A stretch of DNA of 64,000 nucleotides from Reclinomonas americana ATCC 50394 (GCA_048213135.1 PS015222.1:1-64000), one strand, 5' to 3'; shown: positions 27,034 through 40,388, counted from the stretch's first letter. Notes: generated from the sequence alone by a model not told the origin. Numbers and translations: made by a program.

Positions 27034-28776
27034 TGCTGCTGCTGCTGGCAGTGGTGGCGCTGCCGCTGCCGGCGCCGCCGCTGGTGGCAGTGCTGGTGCT
27101 GGTGGTGCCTCTTCATCGCGCGCGCACGGTGCTGACGCCTCGGGTGGACCGTCGCACTCTCGCCGCTTCCCGAACCTGCAGGCCGTACTGAACGCCAAGG
27201 ATCTGACACACGAGGAGCGACTGGCTGCGCGCCGTCCATTGCTCATTGCCAAGGCCGACACCCGTCCGTGGCACGCGCAGCGAAGGAATGAGGTGTGTGT
27301 GTGTGTCTGTGTGCAGCAGCAGCCACATGTCCGTCTGACCATTGTGTGTCTGTGTGGCAGATGATGAAGACGGCGGTGATTACGGACTCGGCCAAGACTG
27401 CCGATTTGGCGCATGCGATTGAGGAACGCAATCTGTGCAAGATTGTCGATCCGAGCGTCGAGCTCACGGATCAGATTTGGGTGCGTGACTATCGCGTGTT
27501 CGGTTCTTTCATTGGTTTTCGTGTGTACTCACGGGTTCGGTCTCCTCAGCTGTCCCGTGGACTGGTGGCATCTGATCACTTTATCCACACACATCGACTG
27601 CTGGATTTGCTCTTCAACACCAAGTGCATTGTGCACTCGGTCACCGAGGACCACTTCCAGCAGACGCTCGATCGCAACGATCTCACGTGGACCACGCACT
27701 GGCGCACACGTCTGTTCCCGCGCGGTGGCGTGGTGATTGTCGACCTGCACAGTATTTTCCAGAAGCGTCTGCGGTACGCGATGAAGGACTTGGCGCGCAT
27801 GGTCTTGGTGCGTGACGGTGTTGACAGTGGGAGCTAAAACAACAGACGGTGGTGGTCTCACACGTGGACGTGCGCTGTGTGCAGGAGTTGAACGCTGCCG
27901 AGAACAGGATCAACCCGTGGAACATCATGGTGTTTGACATTGATTACGACGACATTTTCGATGCCGATGTGCCGGCCGTGCTTCGTCCGTTGCGTTGGCT
28001 GTGCAAGTCGCATTCTATCACAACGGGAAGTGTGCCAGGAGCTGACGACCGCCATTCCGTTGACAGTGTGCGCTCGGATCTCATTGGCAGCATCTCCGAC
28101 AACCACCGTCAGGGCCTGCTGCGCATCGTCGGACCGGACATGTACGGTCCGATTCCGCCGCCGAAGCCCGGCGCCAATCAATCCGAGGCTCGTGCGGAAA
28201 TGATTACGCAGTTTGCCATCTCACACGCATACGCTGGTGAGTCTTTCATCTCTTTTTATTGTGAACGCGCGCACACACACACACACACATTCAGTGTCTC
28301 ATTCCGTCACCGCGCAGAGCGTCGCAACATCCGGTCCACCATTGTGATTAGCGAGAGCTACCGAGCCATTTCCAAGTGCGAGAAATTTGGCGTGGTGAGT
28401 GTTCTTTGTGTGGTGCGCTGCCTCGATTTTTTTGTTCACCAGGTGTGCGTGCACAGCCGGCCTTCTTTGCCGGGGAAATGGATGTGATTCGCGCGTGTTG
28501 GGAGCGTCTCTTCCCGTCATTCCGCAGTTGCGTCCACATTCTCTCTCGTGTATCATCTGGTCGCACGCGCGTATTCACACTCGCCCTCACGCTGCAGAGC
28601 TTCACGACAATCGCGCACGCGGTGGCGACGGCGGTGGTCCTGGCGGTGGACGAGACAATCGTGGTCGTCGAGGTACTGCTTCTGTGCGCGCTTGCTTGCA
28701 TGTCCACCTACCAAGTGCAGTTTTTTTCTCACACGCGGTTGTGTGTGCGTTAGATTCCGGTCCCCCACCTCCGCCA
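27034..28776 (+). CDS. Hypothetical protein with a possible degenerate HAD-like fold and an RGG-rich tail (both ends in gaps)
   Basis: Contiguous spliced frame with the motifs IMVFDIDYDD, TIVISESYRAISKCEKFGV and C-terminal RARGGDGGGPGGGRDNRGRR. Confidence 0.55.
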
Positions 28777-29048
28777 NNNNNNNNNNNNNNNNNNNNNNNN
28801 NNNNNNNNNNNNNNNNNNNNNNNNNNNNNNNNNNNNNNNNNNNNACACACACACAAACGCACACACGCACACATGCGCGCGCGCACACGTACCTGCTCTG
28901 CTGACCATATCGCCTCCACGTCCATGTTTGTTGCTTGTGTGTGTGTGTGTGTGTTTGTGCTGCACGCGCCAAAGAAAACTGCTGCTTTCAATGAACCGGA
29001 ATCTCGTCAATAAAATTGGCTAACATCATCATTTGGGCATTATCAAGT

Positions 29049-32000
29049 TTACTCCTGTGCAGCTGCGTGATCGGCAAATGTTCTGGCCTTGCCCACTCCC
29101 CGCGCAATGTACGTGTGACCGCGCCAGCCCTTTTCGCTCTGCGACTGCGCCGTCAGCGACTCAGACACGGTGCCGGCGGCGGCAGCGGCGCGTCGATCGT
29201 GCGAGTGCGTTTCCTCGTATCGTCGCAGCGCCATCTGTGCCACGTCTGTGGCGGAAAGCGCAGCACTGCCACCATCTGGTGCGTCAGGATCGTATTTGGG
29301 CGAGGGTGCGCGACGGTTTTCGACCGTTTTCTGAATCGAGCTCTCCGTGTGCGAGATCAGCTGGTGGCTGGGCGGACCGGTGACCACCGCCGGCTTCTCG
29401 TCCAGCCGATCCAAGTTGACCTCGGCGTCGGCAAAGGTCGCTGCGGTGCGCACGCGGTCCAGAAGCACGCGTGTCTCCTCCACGGCATGATCGTAAAGGT
29501 TTTCCTGGAAAAACTGGCGCGAGAAGCGTCCGAGCTGTACCGGCCCCCCGTTCGGGACAGCAGCATCCGTCTCCGCTGTGCTTTCGTCGCCACCGCCGGT
29601 TAGCAGGTCACGACCTGATAGCAGCGCAGGCGCCGCCCGGACAGCACGCGGCTCTGTAATTGTTGTCTGCAGAATCCAATTCATAAAATGAGAACGCATC
29701 CTGCTGGAGTGCGCACACTTCCGAGTCCGTTACGCACCGCTTTGCGCAACAACACCAACTTGTTGGCGGGCACAAACAGGCCGAACCCGTCGGGGCAAGT
29801 GAAATACCGTCGGCCATCGACCTCGCCGTCGTGTCGGCCGTCTGCAAACAACACACACGGTCAGATCCATACAGCGCAACCACTCTTTTCGAGAACACAC
29901 GCACCTCGGGTTAGCAGCACCACGCCCGCCCACAGGCCCTCCGCAAAATCGGTGGTGCCCACGTACGCCACCGTGCCCTTGACCGCCACCGGAGCCGCCC
30001 GACTCAGCAGACCGCGATTTGCGACACTGGAGGCAATCGACAGCATGGAACCGACACCATCGGCAGCTGACAACTCGTCGGCCGCAGCTGCTGCCGTCGT
30101 CCCCCGCGGCGTTTGCGGGTTGGAGGACGCCGCACTGCCGGCTGTCGGCACGATCGCGGCTCGCTTCTTAATGTACACCATGACACGATCGCCCACGCCG
30201 ACATCCGGAATGGTCTCCGGACTCTTTCTCCATGTCGGTTTCGCCGCTTTCTTGGACTGCCACGAAGTACGCACAAAACATGAGCAGAGATAGATATGCG
30301 CAGACTCCACACAAGCGTGTATGTACCGCTTCAATCGCCGCCAGCGGATCCCACGTTGGTTGCTTGTGCGCAGCAAGTGGTGCCTGCACCATCGGTGAAC
30401 ACACATGGACACAGACGAGGAGGTGACGGAACATGTCGACGCACTGCGTAGAGCCGTGTGGAAATGGCTTCGGCGCGGGGCGACAGCGGGGTCGACATGG
30501 TGATGCGCTTTCGCACACGTTCGGCGGCACTCTTGGGCTGCCGTCGATCAAGTAAAGGTAAGAATCAAGTTCACAGAGAGAGAANNNNNNNNNNNNNNNN
30601 NNNNNNNNNNNNNNNNNNNNNNNNNNNNNNNNNNNNNNNNNNNNNNNNNNNNNNNNNNNNNNNNNNNNNNNNNNNNNNNNNNNNNNNNNNNNNNNNNNNN
30701 NNNNNNNNNNNNNNNNNNNNNNNNNNNNNNNNNNNNNNNNNNNNNNNNNNNNNNNNNNNNNNNNNNNNNNNNNNNNNNNNNNNNNNNNNNNNNNNNNNNN
30801 NNNNNNNNNNNNNNNNNNNNNNNNNNNNNNNNNNNNNNNNNNNNNNNNNNNNNNNNNNNNNNNNNNNNNNNNNNNNNNNNNNNNNNNNNNNNNNNNNNNN
30901 NNNNNNNNNNNNNNNNNNNNNNNNNNNNNNNNNNNNNNNNNNNNNNNNNNNNNNNNNNNNNNNNNNNNNNNNNNNNNNNNNNNNNNNNNNNNNNNGAGAG
31001 ATGGAAACACACACTCACCGCAGCAGCTGCGGCCGCAGTCCGTCGCGGAGAGCCTGGAGTTGACGCGATTGGCGATCCGTCCTTGGAGGTTGGGGGAGAG
31101 AGTGACGATCGGCTGCTGCTCAGCGGCGGCGCGAGGTACTGCTCGTGTCGCACAATTCCGCGCTCAGCGTACAGCAGGCGCATCGTGTCGAACTCGGAGT
31201 CGAACTGCAGACGACGCAACACGCACGTGTGTGAGTGGAAGGACATCCACAACTGGCATGCATGGCGTTGGTGCCCGCGTACCTTGTTGACGAAGCGAGT
31301 TGGCGACGACAATTGTGCATGTGTCACCGCAATATCAATCACAGCCTCGTTCAGCTCCTCGCGCTTCTCCAGAGCCTCGGCACACTTGGCGCTCATGGCA
31401 GCGGGCACAAACGGCTCCAGCAGGTGCGTGAGTGCCTCCAGCTCGCCGATGCTGATGAGGTCGGCGGCAAACTCCAACAACGATGTCAACTCACGCACAC
31501 GAAATCTCATCTCGCGCCGCCAGCCTTCGCGCACATGAGATCCATCGGCGTCCGACATACCCAATGCCGCCACCGTGCGCTGCAGCAGCGCCAGCGAAAG
31601 GCGCGCGTGCGCGTGGTACAGGCCCCAAAAGTCGCTCTTGGAGTTCTGTGTGCACGCACACACAGTCGTTCAGCGACTCATTGCCCCAAAGGATCGGGCG
31701 CACATACACGCAACATCGGCCCACAGAAGCGCCACCGACGACGGTTTCACAAAGGCTCCGTGCCCGGGTGGACACGCAAAGTACCGCACGCCGTCCACCT
31801 CACCGTCGTGCTGGTGCGGCGTGCGCTTGCTAGTCAACACATCACGCTCCGCCGTGGCCACCCCAAGCCACATGCCCGCCGCAAACTGCGTGTGACCGAC
31901 AAAGAGAACACGGGCAAGTCGATGATCGCGACCCACAGTCACCGCATCGCCCTCGTGATACAACTGCGCAAACTCGGCCTCGGCATCGCCCGCATCGCCA

Positions 32001-32202
32001 CCGCTACCGCCCTCCGTCTGCACCAACCAATGTGAGTGTGTTCCTGTGGAGAGACAAGAGTGTGTGGATCGCCGAGTGGACGCACTGGTCGGGCAAACTG
32101 CTGGAGAGCGACTTGCGTGGCGGGGAAGTCGGTGTTGGTGACAAACAGGTCGGCTAATGCATCCACTTGCCGCTCCTGCGATGATGACGAGAAAATAGAC
32201 AT
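29049..32202 (-). CDS. Protein with two CAP-Gly domains
   Basis: Domain 1: VLFVGHTQFAAGMWLGV..HDGEVDGVRYFACPPGHGAFVKPS (~31740-31960). Domain 2: VAYVGTTDFAEGLWAGVVL..GRHDGEVDGRRYFTCPDGFGLFVP (~29760-30200). Confidence 0.85.
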
Positions 32203-32686
32203 GAGTGTGTTGTGAGGGAGTGAGAGAGTGTGTGTGTGTGTGTGTTGACGAAACCAGTTCGGTCTCTCGCGCGCACAGCAGCTGATCGTCCTCTGCTGGA
32301 GAGCACAGAGGGTGTGAGTGTGAGTGAGAAGAGTGTGAGCACTATATATGAAACCAATTGCCAACGAACCTGTTGATGCCATGCGTCTCTCTGCGCGCGT
32401 AATCAGACACAGACACACACACAGCGATCACAGAGACACAGGCAGAGAGTGAGTGTGTGCAGCGACAACGCGCTGCTGTCTGAGACTGTGCATGTATGTG
32501 TGTTTGTGCTCACCAGAGGAAGGGGGTTTCGGAGCAACTCCAAGACAAGAACAACACACTGAGGCAAGGGAAGAGACAGTGGCGAGTGCGCGACTGAGGA
32601 AAGAGCAGACAGGTAATATAAGGCCCGCGGTTTGTCGTTCATTGAAGCAGACCGTGGATATCCGGATTCCACAATCTCACTGCGTC

Positions 32687-35488
32687 ATGGAGCTCGCGTC
32701 ACTGCGACACACGCTGCCTGCGAGTGAGCAGCAGCAACAGCAGCAGCAGTCAGGCAGCACCTCCTCCGTGCGTGGCACCATAGTGGCAGCATACCAGTAC
32801 CCGGCGCCCAACAAACAGGCAAGCAGCGACCCCACCTTTGAGAGTGAGCTGCGCGAGGCCATTGCTGCGGTGCGTGAGAGTGTGCGTGCGCACGCAGTAG
32901 AAGACATGCCTGTTGCGCTCATGTGTGCGTGCGTGCGTTAGTTGTATCATCATGTGCTTCCCAACCTGGAGCTGTCGGCGGTGCTGGAGATGTTGGACGG
33001 GGGGCAAATGCAGACGATTGCGTATCTGCGCTCGGTAGCCGATGTCAAGGCGGAGCGAGGGGCGTTGGAGAGGCAGCAGAGTAAGCGGTTGGTGGCGGCC
33101 GCCGCGGCAACGGCTTCGTCGGTGCATCGGCGAGGGGCGCATCGACAGCAGCGGTCGCCGACGGGCGCCATGCGGTTGAAGAAGAAGAAGAGGAGTCGGA
33201 AGGATGATGATGATGATGATGACGAGGAAGAGGACGAGGAAGAAGACAGTGATGAGGACAGCGATGATGATGATGAAGAGGAAGACGAGGATGAGGAAGA
33301 GGAAGACGACGATGACGACGACGACGACGAGGAGGAAGATGAAGAGGATGAGGAAGAGGAGGAGGAGGAAGATGGTGCGGTGTGGTGTTTGTTTCTCGCT
33401 CGCGGTGCGGCGATGATGCTTACACGTGCGGCACAGATGTGATTGACAAGGAAGACAAGGGAACGCTCAAGTTCACGGCACAGGAGGCTGTGGTTCGTTG
33501 ATCTTGAAGATGTGTGTGTGCCTTTGACGCTGGCTCATTGTGGGCTTGCGGTGTGCAGACTGCGACGCATCGCATTGTGGGCGCGGTGTCGTGGGAGTGG
33601 CCGACGCACTTCACCACGAGGTTACGCGTGTTGCAAATCACGCTTGTCGGTGTGCGGCTCAAGTACCAGTATGCGCGCCTCGGAAGCCATTTGCTCTCGG
33701 TGAGCGTGTGTGTCTGCAGATCGGTGTGTTATGTGTGTGCGTCGGTGCGATGACTGACGCGGAGCGAGTTGCGGCAGATTGCCACCGACCCGAAAGTCGT
33801 CGGCAGCTTCGATGTGGCCATGACGTACGCCGATGTCACCTCTCTCAACTTTTGGCGCCGCAACGGCTTCAACGATGATCCCATTCTCAATCATCGGTGC
33901 GTGCACACCTCCCCACCCCATTGCCATTCGCTTTGTGTGTGTGTGTCTGTCTCACTCGCTGCGCGACGCAGCTTCGCGGGTGTGAGCAACGAGTGGGACG
34001 GCAGCTTGCTCATGTGCAAGATGGGGAACACTGCGTATCCCGACTCGCAGTCTCGTCTGCCACCCGGGGCACAAGCGTTTGATTACATGGCGCTCAACGA
34101 TGAGTGGAGCGACATGAAGGCATGGTGCGTGTGCCATGACGGCTGTCGAAGATTTTTTGCCAGTGGGTGTTGTTGGCACTCACAGGCGGGTTGACAGGCG
34201 TGACAAGCAAGTGGATGCGTACGCACAACAGTTGTTCATGATGGAGCGCATGCGCGCCGAAATCATGTATCTGCGCAAGCGGGTGAGTGAGGGGTGTTGG
34301 CAAGAAGAAAATAACGAGGATACTCACTACATGTGGTGCATGCATGCAGGTGGTTGACAGCGACATGCAAGTCGAACATCTGATGCGAGACAATGTGCTG
34401 CTCCGCACGCAGCTCGACGAGATTCGCCGCAGTTGCGTCGACTGTTCTCCACCTCTGCCCGTCACGCCTTCACTCACGGGTATTGTTGTGTTACACAGCC
34501 GGTCGCGTGGAGGCCGCCGCTGCAGTCAAACCCGCCGCGTGGACTTCGTCGCTGGTCATGGGCGTGCCGACGCCACTAGTGGTTCCCCTGCTGACGCCGC
34601 TGGGAAGCGAAGGCGCGCCCCCAGCGTCGTCACTGTCGGCACCGGTGTCGCCCAAGTCGCTCTCGCACAGCAACAGTACGCCTCCACCCGAGTCTGCCTT
34701 GCGTCGGCGCTCGTCGGTGAGCAGCGCCGACGGCAGTCCACTGAAGGCGTCGGCGGCCAAGGTGGATTCGCCCGGCGATCGCAAGCAGGCTAGCTCACCG
34801 GCCGATGCCAGCAAGCGCGTGGCGCGGCCACCGGTGGTCGGCAGCCCGGCCCGCAAGGCCGCGCCCGTGGTACAAACAGGCGTGGCGGTGCCCGACGCCA
34901 AGTCCGGCAGCTCATCGCGTTCATCTGCACATGCGCGCGACAGGAAGAGAACCGATGATCCCACCACTGCCTCCTCCTCCTCGTCTTCCTCCTCAAGGTG
35001 AGTCTTTCTCGGCCTCGCCTGAGAGTGGCTCAAGGGAATAAAACTAATGAGCCTACGCGCTGTGTCTCTTCTTTCGGCTCGTCTGCAGTGGAGCGCGCAA
35101 GGAGCAGGAGGACGCGGTGCGCGAGTTTACCGCATCCATGGCCGCCGTGGCCGTGAGCGCCAGCTTTGATCCCGCGGCTCCATCCGACGCACCGGCCGTC
35201 AGTGTGCTCGACGTGCAAAAGGTGTTGCAGCAGTGCGGTCGGACGCATTGCACCCCAGTTTTTTTGGTTCTCACCAGTGCTGCAGTGTTCATTCTCCTCG
35301 GGCGACATTCGTGACCGTTTCTTCGCCAAAGTGGCAAGTCTCGGCGAGGACACTCGATCCTGCCGCCTATATTTCGTCGCCGATGTGCGAACCATTGAGG
35401 TGTGTAATCGTATGCACCACAACTACTCAAAAATCAGCTCACGCCCACGTAGAATGTATTCCATTCTGGCTTCTCCGTTTCGCGACCC
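32687..35488 (+). CDS. GNAT (GCN5-like) acetyltransferase-domain protein with an acidic insert, a coiled coil and the start of a PARP-like domain; 3' end in a gap
   Basis: LQITLVGVRLKYQYARLGSHLL (motif A), TYADVTSLNFWRRNGF (GCN5-like motif B), a poly-D/E tract and a coiled coil. The start codon may lie further upstream (~32348). Confidence 0.7.
33203..33373 (+). repeat. GAN trinucleotide tract encoding an Asp/Glu run of about 55 residues
   Basis: Run of GAT/GAC/GAG/GAA codons within the GNAT gene. Confidence 0.9.
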
Positions 35489-35523
35489 NNNNNNNNNNNN
35501 NNNNNNNNAAGCGCTGGGTCTCT

Positions 35524-37105
35524 TCAAGTTTGAGTATATGCTTTAGTTCCCTCGTCGATCACGTCGGCGCCGGTGAAGTGCGCAAAGCCGAGTCCGAATT
35601 GCTTGAGTGCCACTGCTTCGCCATCGTCGGCAATCAGCAGCCCGTCGTGCTTCTCGCCGTCCACGAACACGCCAATCTCCGTGAGGCGATCGCCAAATGT
35701 TGAGCGCACTAGTGGCACTTGGTCGGCCGGTACGGCAAACACTTGATTGAACTGGGAGGGTGCGGTAAGAAGAAGCCCGACAAAAATCGGAACGAGACGT
35801 GACAACTCGATTGGTTGGTACCTCTTCGCCACCGAGCAGCGCATCGATGAGCAGGCGACGCGGATCATCGTGTCGTACTTTGCGAGCCGCCGGATGGATC
35901 TGCCACATGGGTGCCGGTGTGAGAGAGAGAGACAAAGGAGCTCAAGCAACAGAATCGGCATGATCACGCAACTGGAATCGCCGAGGCGCGCAGCTCCGCC
36001 GACAGTGGTGCCTCGCCATGCGACGCTGCCGCCGCACACATGTCGTTCAGCGTACGCAACAGGCCATCGGAGGTGTCGCACGATGCCGAGGCGACGCCGA
36101 GACGCGCCATGGCAGGCCCAATGTCTCGCTCCACCGTCGGATTCCGAATGGCATCGCAGCACTCCTCCAGTGACCTGTGAACACATGCACCCCTCTCGAG
36201 TGTAAGCAACCTCTACCAACCGGCCTCCCTCTCTACTGCAATGGCGAGCGCGGGCGCAACTCGTCCACTGCCAAGTCCGGTTCGCGGTCCAGCATGAAGG
36301 TCAAGCCGATGCTCTCGCTGCATGCACGAGTGAGCGACTAAGCAAAGGAGGATCTCGCCGCCGCCCGCCACGCACTCACCGCCCGTACATGCCACTGGTG
36401 AAGATCACATCGCCGACGCGTGCACCGCGGCGCGGAATGTACGTCTCGGCCTGACCCCACGCGGTCACCGAGATGATCTTGTCGGAGGCGCACTCGTTAA
36501 TGTCGCCACCGAGGTAGCACACCTCCAGTTCGATGCAGCCGTCGACGAGTCCCCGACAGACCTCGTCAAAGTCCGCCACCGTCATCGTGGACGGCAGCGC
36601 CAACGAGGTGACCAAGGCCTGCGGCTGCACGCCCTTGACAATCAGATCACTGCAGGCGCTGACAATCGCCTTGCGCGCCGCCTGGCGAGAGCTCATGCCG
36701 CGCGGCAGTGGTGGCACATCGGTGGACCACACCAGCATGTCGGTGTTGACAAAGAGTGGAGCCGGTGGCAGCGGTGGTGGCGAGTCGACAAGTGGCGCAC
36801 TTGATTCTCCGACGGAGACATGTACAGTCGTCGTCGAACGCATCGCCAGCGGCATTCCCACCACATCGTCGGGTCCCGGCACGAGTGGAGAGCCCCACAT
36901 GCCTCCGCAGCCTGCAGATTCGCCAATGATCTGTTGCAGGCGCTCGATCAGCGGGCGCTCTGCAGCAGTCGCGATTGGTCAATGAGGAGGAGGAGGAGGA
37001 GGTGAGAAGGGAATCAGGCAGTGTCTCACCGCCAGCCTCGCGCAGCGTGGTCTCTGGTGTCCATGAGGAGGACGAGGTGGCGGCTGCAGCTGCTGATGCC
37101 GACAT
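35524..37105 (-). CDS. thiL: Thiamine-monophosphate kinase (ThiL, PurM/AIRS superfamily), 5 exons
   Basis: LREAGERPLIERL, PDD, NTDMLVWSTDVP, ARKAIVSACSDLIVKGVQP, LGGDINE, RRGARVGDVIFTSGMYG, DTSDGL, GGEEF, IG, GFAHF. The four GT-AG introns keep the frame. Confidence 0.9.
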
Positions 37106-37192
37106 GTTCTCTCGATGCGGGAGTGTGAACGAAAGAAACGTCAAGTTGTCTCGACAGAAAGATGGAAACAGGACAGCGAACGTGACAGGATT

Positions 37193-38625
37193 ATGAGCAG
37201 CGAGGCGAAGTGGGTGCGTGCTTCTCTGTGTGTGTTTGGGTGTGTAAGTGTTGAGTTGTTGACTGTGCCACACAGAGCATTCCACTGATTGACATTTCGG
37301 CATTCATCGGTGATGCAGCAAGCGCGGAGGAAAAACAAGTGAGTGAGTGAAGCGCGCAGTGTGATCACACTGCTGACGACGAGTGTGTAGAGAGTGATCG
37401 CTGCCTGGCATGCGGCATTCTCCACTGGTGCGTCGTCCATCATGCGATTCTCGCATCTTTGTTTTTGCATGCACACTCATCCATCCATGACACTCTCCGT
37501 AGTCGGGTTCGCCACGATTGTGGGACACGGGGTGAGCGACGAGCTGCAGGAGCGCGTGTACAGAGCTGCACGCGACTTTTTCGATCTGCCGCTGGAGGAG
37601 AAGCAGCGGTACAACTTGGGCAAGGGGTGAGTCTCTCTTTCTTGAGCTTGCATCACCTTCATTCCGCTGACTCTGTGTCGCAAAAGGTACGGCTTCGGAG
37701 GGTACATTCCGCAGGGTGTGGAGCGTGTGAGTGCCACGCAGACGGCTCCAGATGGATCGGTGCGATGAATGCTACCGTTTCGTGACTGACTTGACGACTA
37801 AGTGATTGTTGGCAGCGACTGGCCACTGCGACGCCACCGAGACCGGCGGATCTCGTGGAGAACATTCTGTACCATCATCGCCCCGCCGACGTGATCCCCG
37901 AGAGACCGGCGGGATACGCAGAAACCAGTTCGTGTTTTTGTTGAGTCATAAATTCACTCTGCTGTGCACGCACTGATCTTTGTGCGTGCAGTGAAGGAGT
38001 ACTGGGCCGCCATGACGCGCCTCCTGAACTCGCTCATGGAGCTCACGGCGTGCGCACTGGATATGCCTCGCGACTTCTTTGCGCCATTCTTTGCCGAGAA
38101 CCCGAGTTGCGTGTTGCGTCTGGCCCACTACCCGCACATTGATCCGGCCGATGCGCTGCCTGGCCAACTGCGGTACGGGGAGCACACAGACTACGAAGGT
38201 GTGTGTACACGTGCAGTGCAACTGTGTTTTCACGTGTGCTCACCGAGGGGATGTGCGTGCAAGGGTTCACGATTCTGCGCCAAGACGACGCTCCCGGCGG
38301 CCTGCAAGTGCGCATGCCCGACGGAGAATTCATCGACTGCCCGCCACTGCGTGGCAGCTTCACCGTGAACGCCGGCGACCTGATCCAACTATGGACCAAC
38401 GACCGCTTCGTCTCCAACACGCACCGGGTGGCGCTGCCGCCGGTGCAACCCGGCGGACGCGACACCGATCGCATCTCGATTGTCTTCTTCACCGGCCCCT
38501 CGCCCGACACGGTGGTCTCGTGTCTGCCATCGTGCGTCGACGCCGAACACCCGGCCAAGTACGAGACCATTCGCAGTGGCGATCATCTGTGGCGCAAGCT
38601 CACCGCCTCGAATGCTGCCGAGTGA
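37193..38625 (+). CDS. 2-oxoglutarate/Fe(II) dioxygenase (IPNS/DIOX-like), paralog 1
   Basis: IPLIDIS, GFATIVGHGV, LRLAHYP, HTDYEG (HxD), NAGDLIQLWTNDRFVSNTHRV, RISIVFF. Confidence 0.92.
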
Positions 38626-38689
38626 AGCACACGGAAAGAACGTCGACCAACAGTTGTCCTCGTTGTGTTTTTCCGATCACTTTTCTCCA

Positions 38690-40388
38690 ATGAGCCGTGT
38701 GTGGGTGGGTTGAGTGGGGGACTGTGTTGGTCTTTTGTGACTTTCCAAGCTCAAGAGTTCCATGCCTCCACAGCGCATTCCTCTCGTCGACATCTCAGCA
38801 TTTGTCAATGACGCGCCTGGGAAAGAGGTGGCCTTCCTTTCACTCGTGTGTGTGTGCCTCTCGTGCCCTCATTCGATACTATGTATGACGCAGGAGGTGA
38901 TTGCTGCGTGGAAGGCGGCATTCTCCACTGGTGAGTTGTCCAATCACATCGCATCGTCATCGCATCTCGATCTCTCTTCTCACTCGCACAACAGTTGGCT
39001 TTGCGAATGTGGTGGGGCATGGAGTATCCGACGAGTTGCAAGAACGTGTATACGGCGTGGCGCAAGAGTTCTTCTCACTTCCACTCGAGGAAAAGCAGCG
39101 GTCCAACCTCGGGAAAGGGTGAGTGACCGTGTTCGGAGTTGATCGTCGCGCACCTCACTGACTCTGCGCGTTTTCGCAGCTACGGATATGGAGGTGTGCA
39201 TGAGAAGGGCGTTTGCAACCTGCACGGCTGGTAGAGCGCTAATATCACGCCTTGCGTAGGATACGTGCCGCAGGGAGTCGAACAAGTCAGCGCCACGCAG
39301 AGTGCCGCTGATGGAACAGTTGCGCCTCTCTCTTCCTCCTTTGTTGCCTCGACTTGGCAGCACGCTTTGTTGATTGTGTTGATCCACAGCCACTGGCCAC
39401 GGCAACGCCAGTGCGACCGGCCGACTTGGTGGAGAGCATCGAGGTGCATCACAAGCCCACCGATGTTTTTCCGGAAACACCCGCTGGGTACAAGGAGACA
39501 AGTGCGCCAGCGTGCTCTCCCTCTCTCTCTGCGTGTGTCTGCCTCACAATCGCACTGTACGCAGTGTACGAGTACTGGGCGGAGATGACGCGGCTGTTGC
39601 ACACCATGATGGAACTGACAGCGTTGGCTCTGGATATGCCTCGCGACTTTTTCGAGCCCTTCTTCACACAACCAAGCTGCTCTCTGCGACTGGCTCACTA
39701 CCCGCACGTGGAGCCCTCACAGGCGCTGCCAAGACAGGTTTGGCGATTGAGCAATTGATGGCCACCTCCGTGGCACACTCACCTCATTGTCCTCGACGAT
39801 GCAGCTTCGGTACGGCGAGCACACGGATTACGAAGGTACACACACTGCTTGCGCATGCCGCCCAGTCTCCTCGATAAAACAAGCTTCGTGAACTCGCTGT
39901 GATCAATGCAGGATACACCATTCTGCGGCAGGATGACGCACCGGGCGGACTGCAGGTGTTGATGCCCGATGGCGAGTTCATCGACTGCCCGCCGATCAAG
40001 GGCGGCTTCACCGTCAACTGCGGCGATCTCATTCAGGTTCGCTCCGTGAAGAGACTCCTGTGTGTGTTGTGTGCGTGGCAGCTGAAGCAATGGTCACCGA
40101 TCTTCGCAGCTGTGGACCAACGATCGTTTCGTCTCCAACATGCATCGCGTGGCGCTGCCGCCATCGTCGCCCGACCGCGGCAACGACCGCATCTCCATTG
40201 TGTTCTTCACGGGGCCGTCGCCAGACACCGTCGTCTCCTGCCTCCCATCGTGTGTCGATGATGAGCACCCGCCAAAGTACGAGACCGTGCGCAGCAGCGA
40301 GCATCTCTGGCGCAAGCTCTCGGCGTCGAGCCTGCCAGGTGTGGATGGTGATGGAGGCGAGGGTGGCAATGGTGGCGGCGAAGAATGA
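38690..40388 (+). CDS. 2-oxoglutarate/Fe(II) dioxygenase (IPNS/DIOX-like), paralog 2 (tandem duplicate)
   Basis: Same motifs as paralog 1 (HTDYEG, SNMHRV, RISIVFF) and colinear with it, with three extra introns. Confidence 0.92.
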
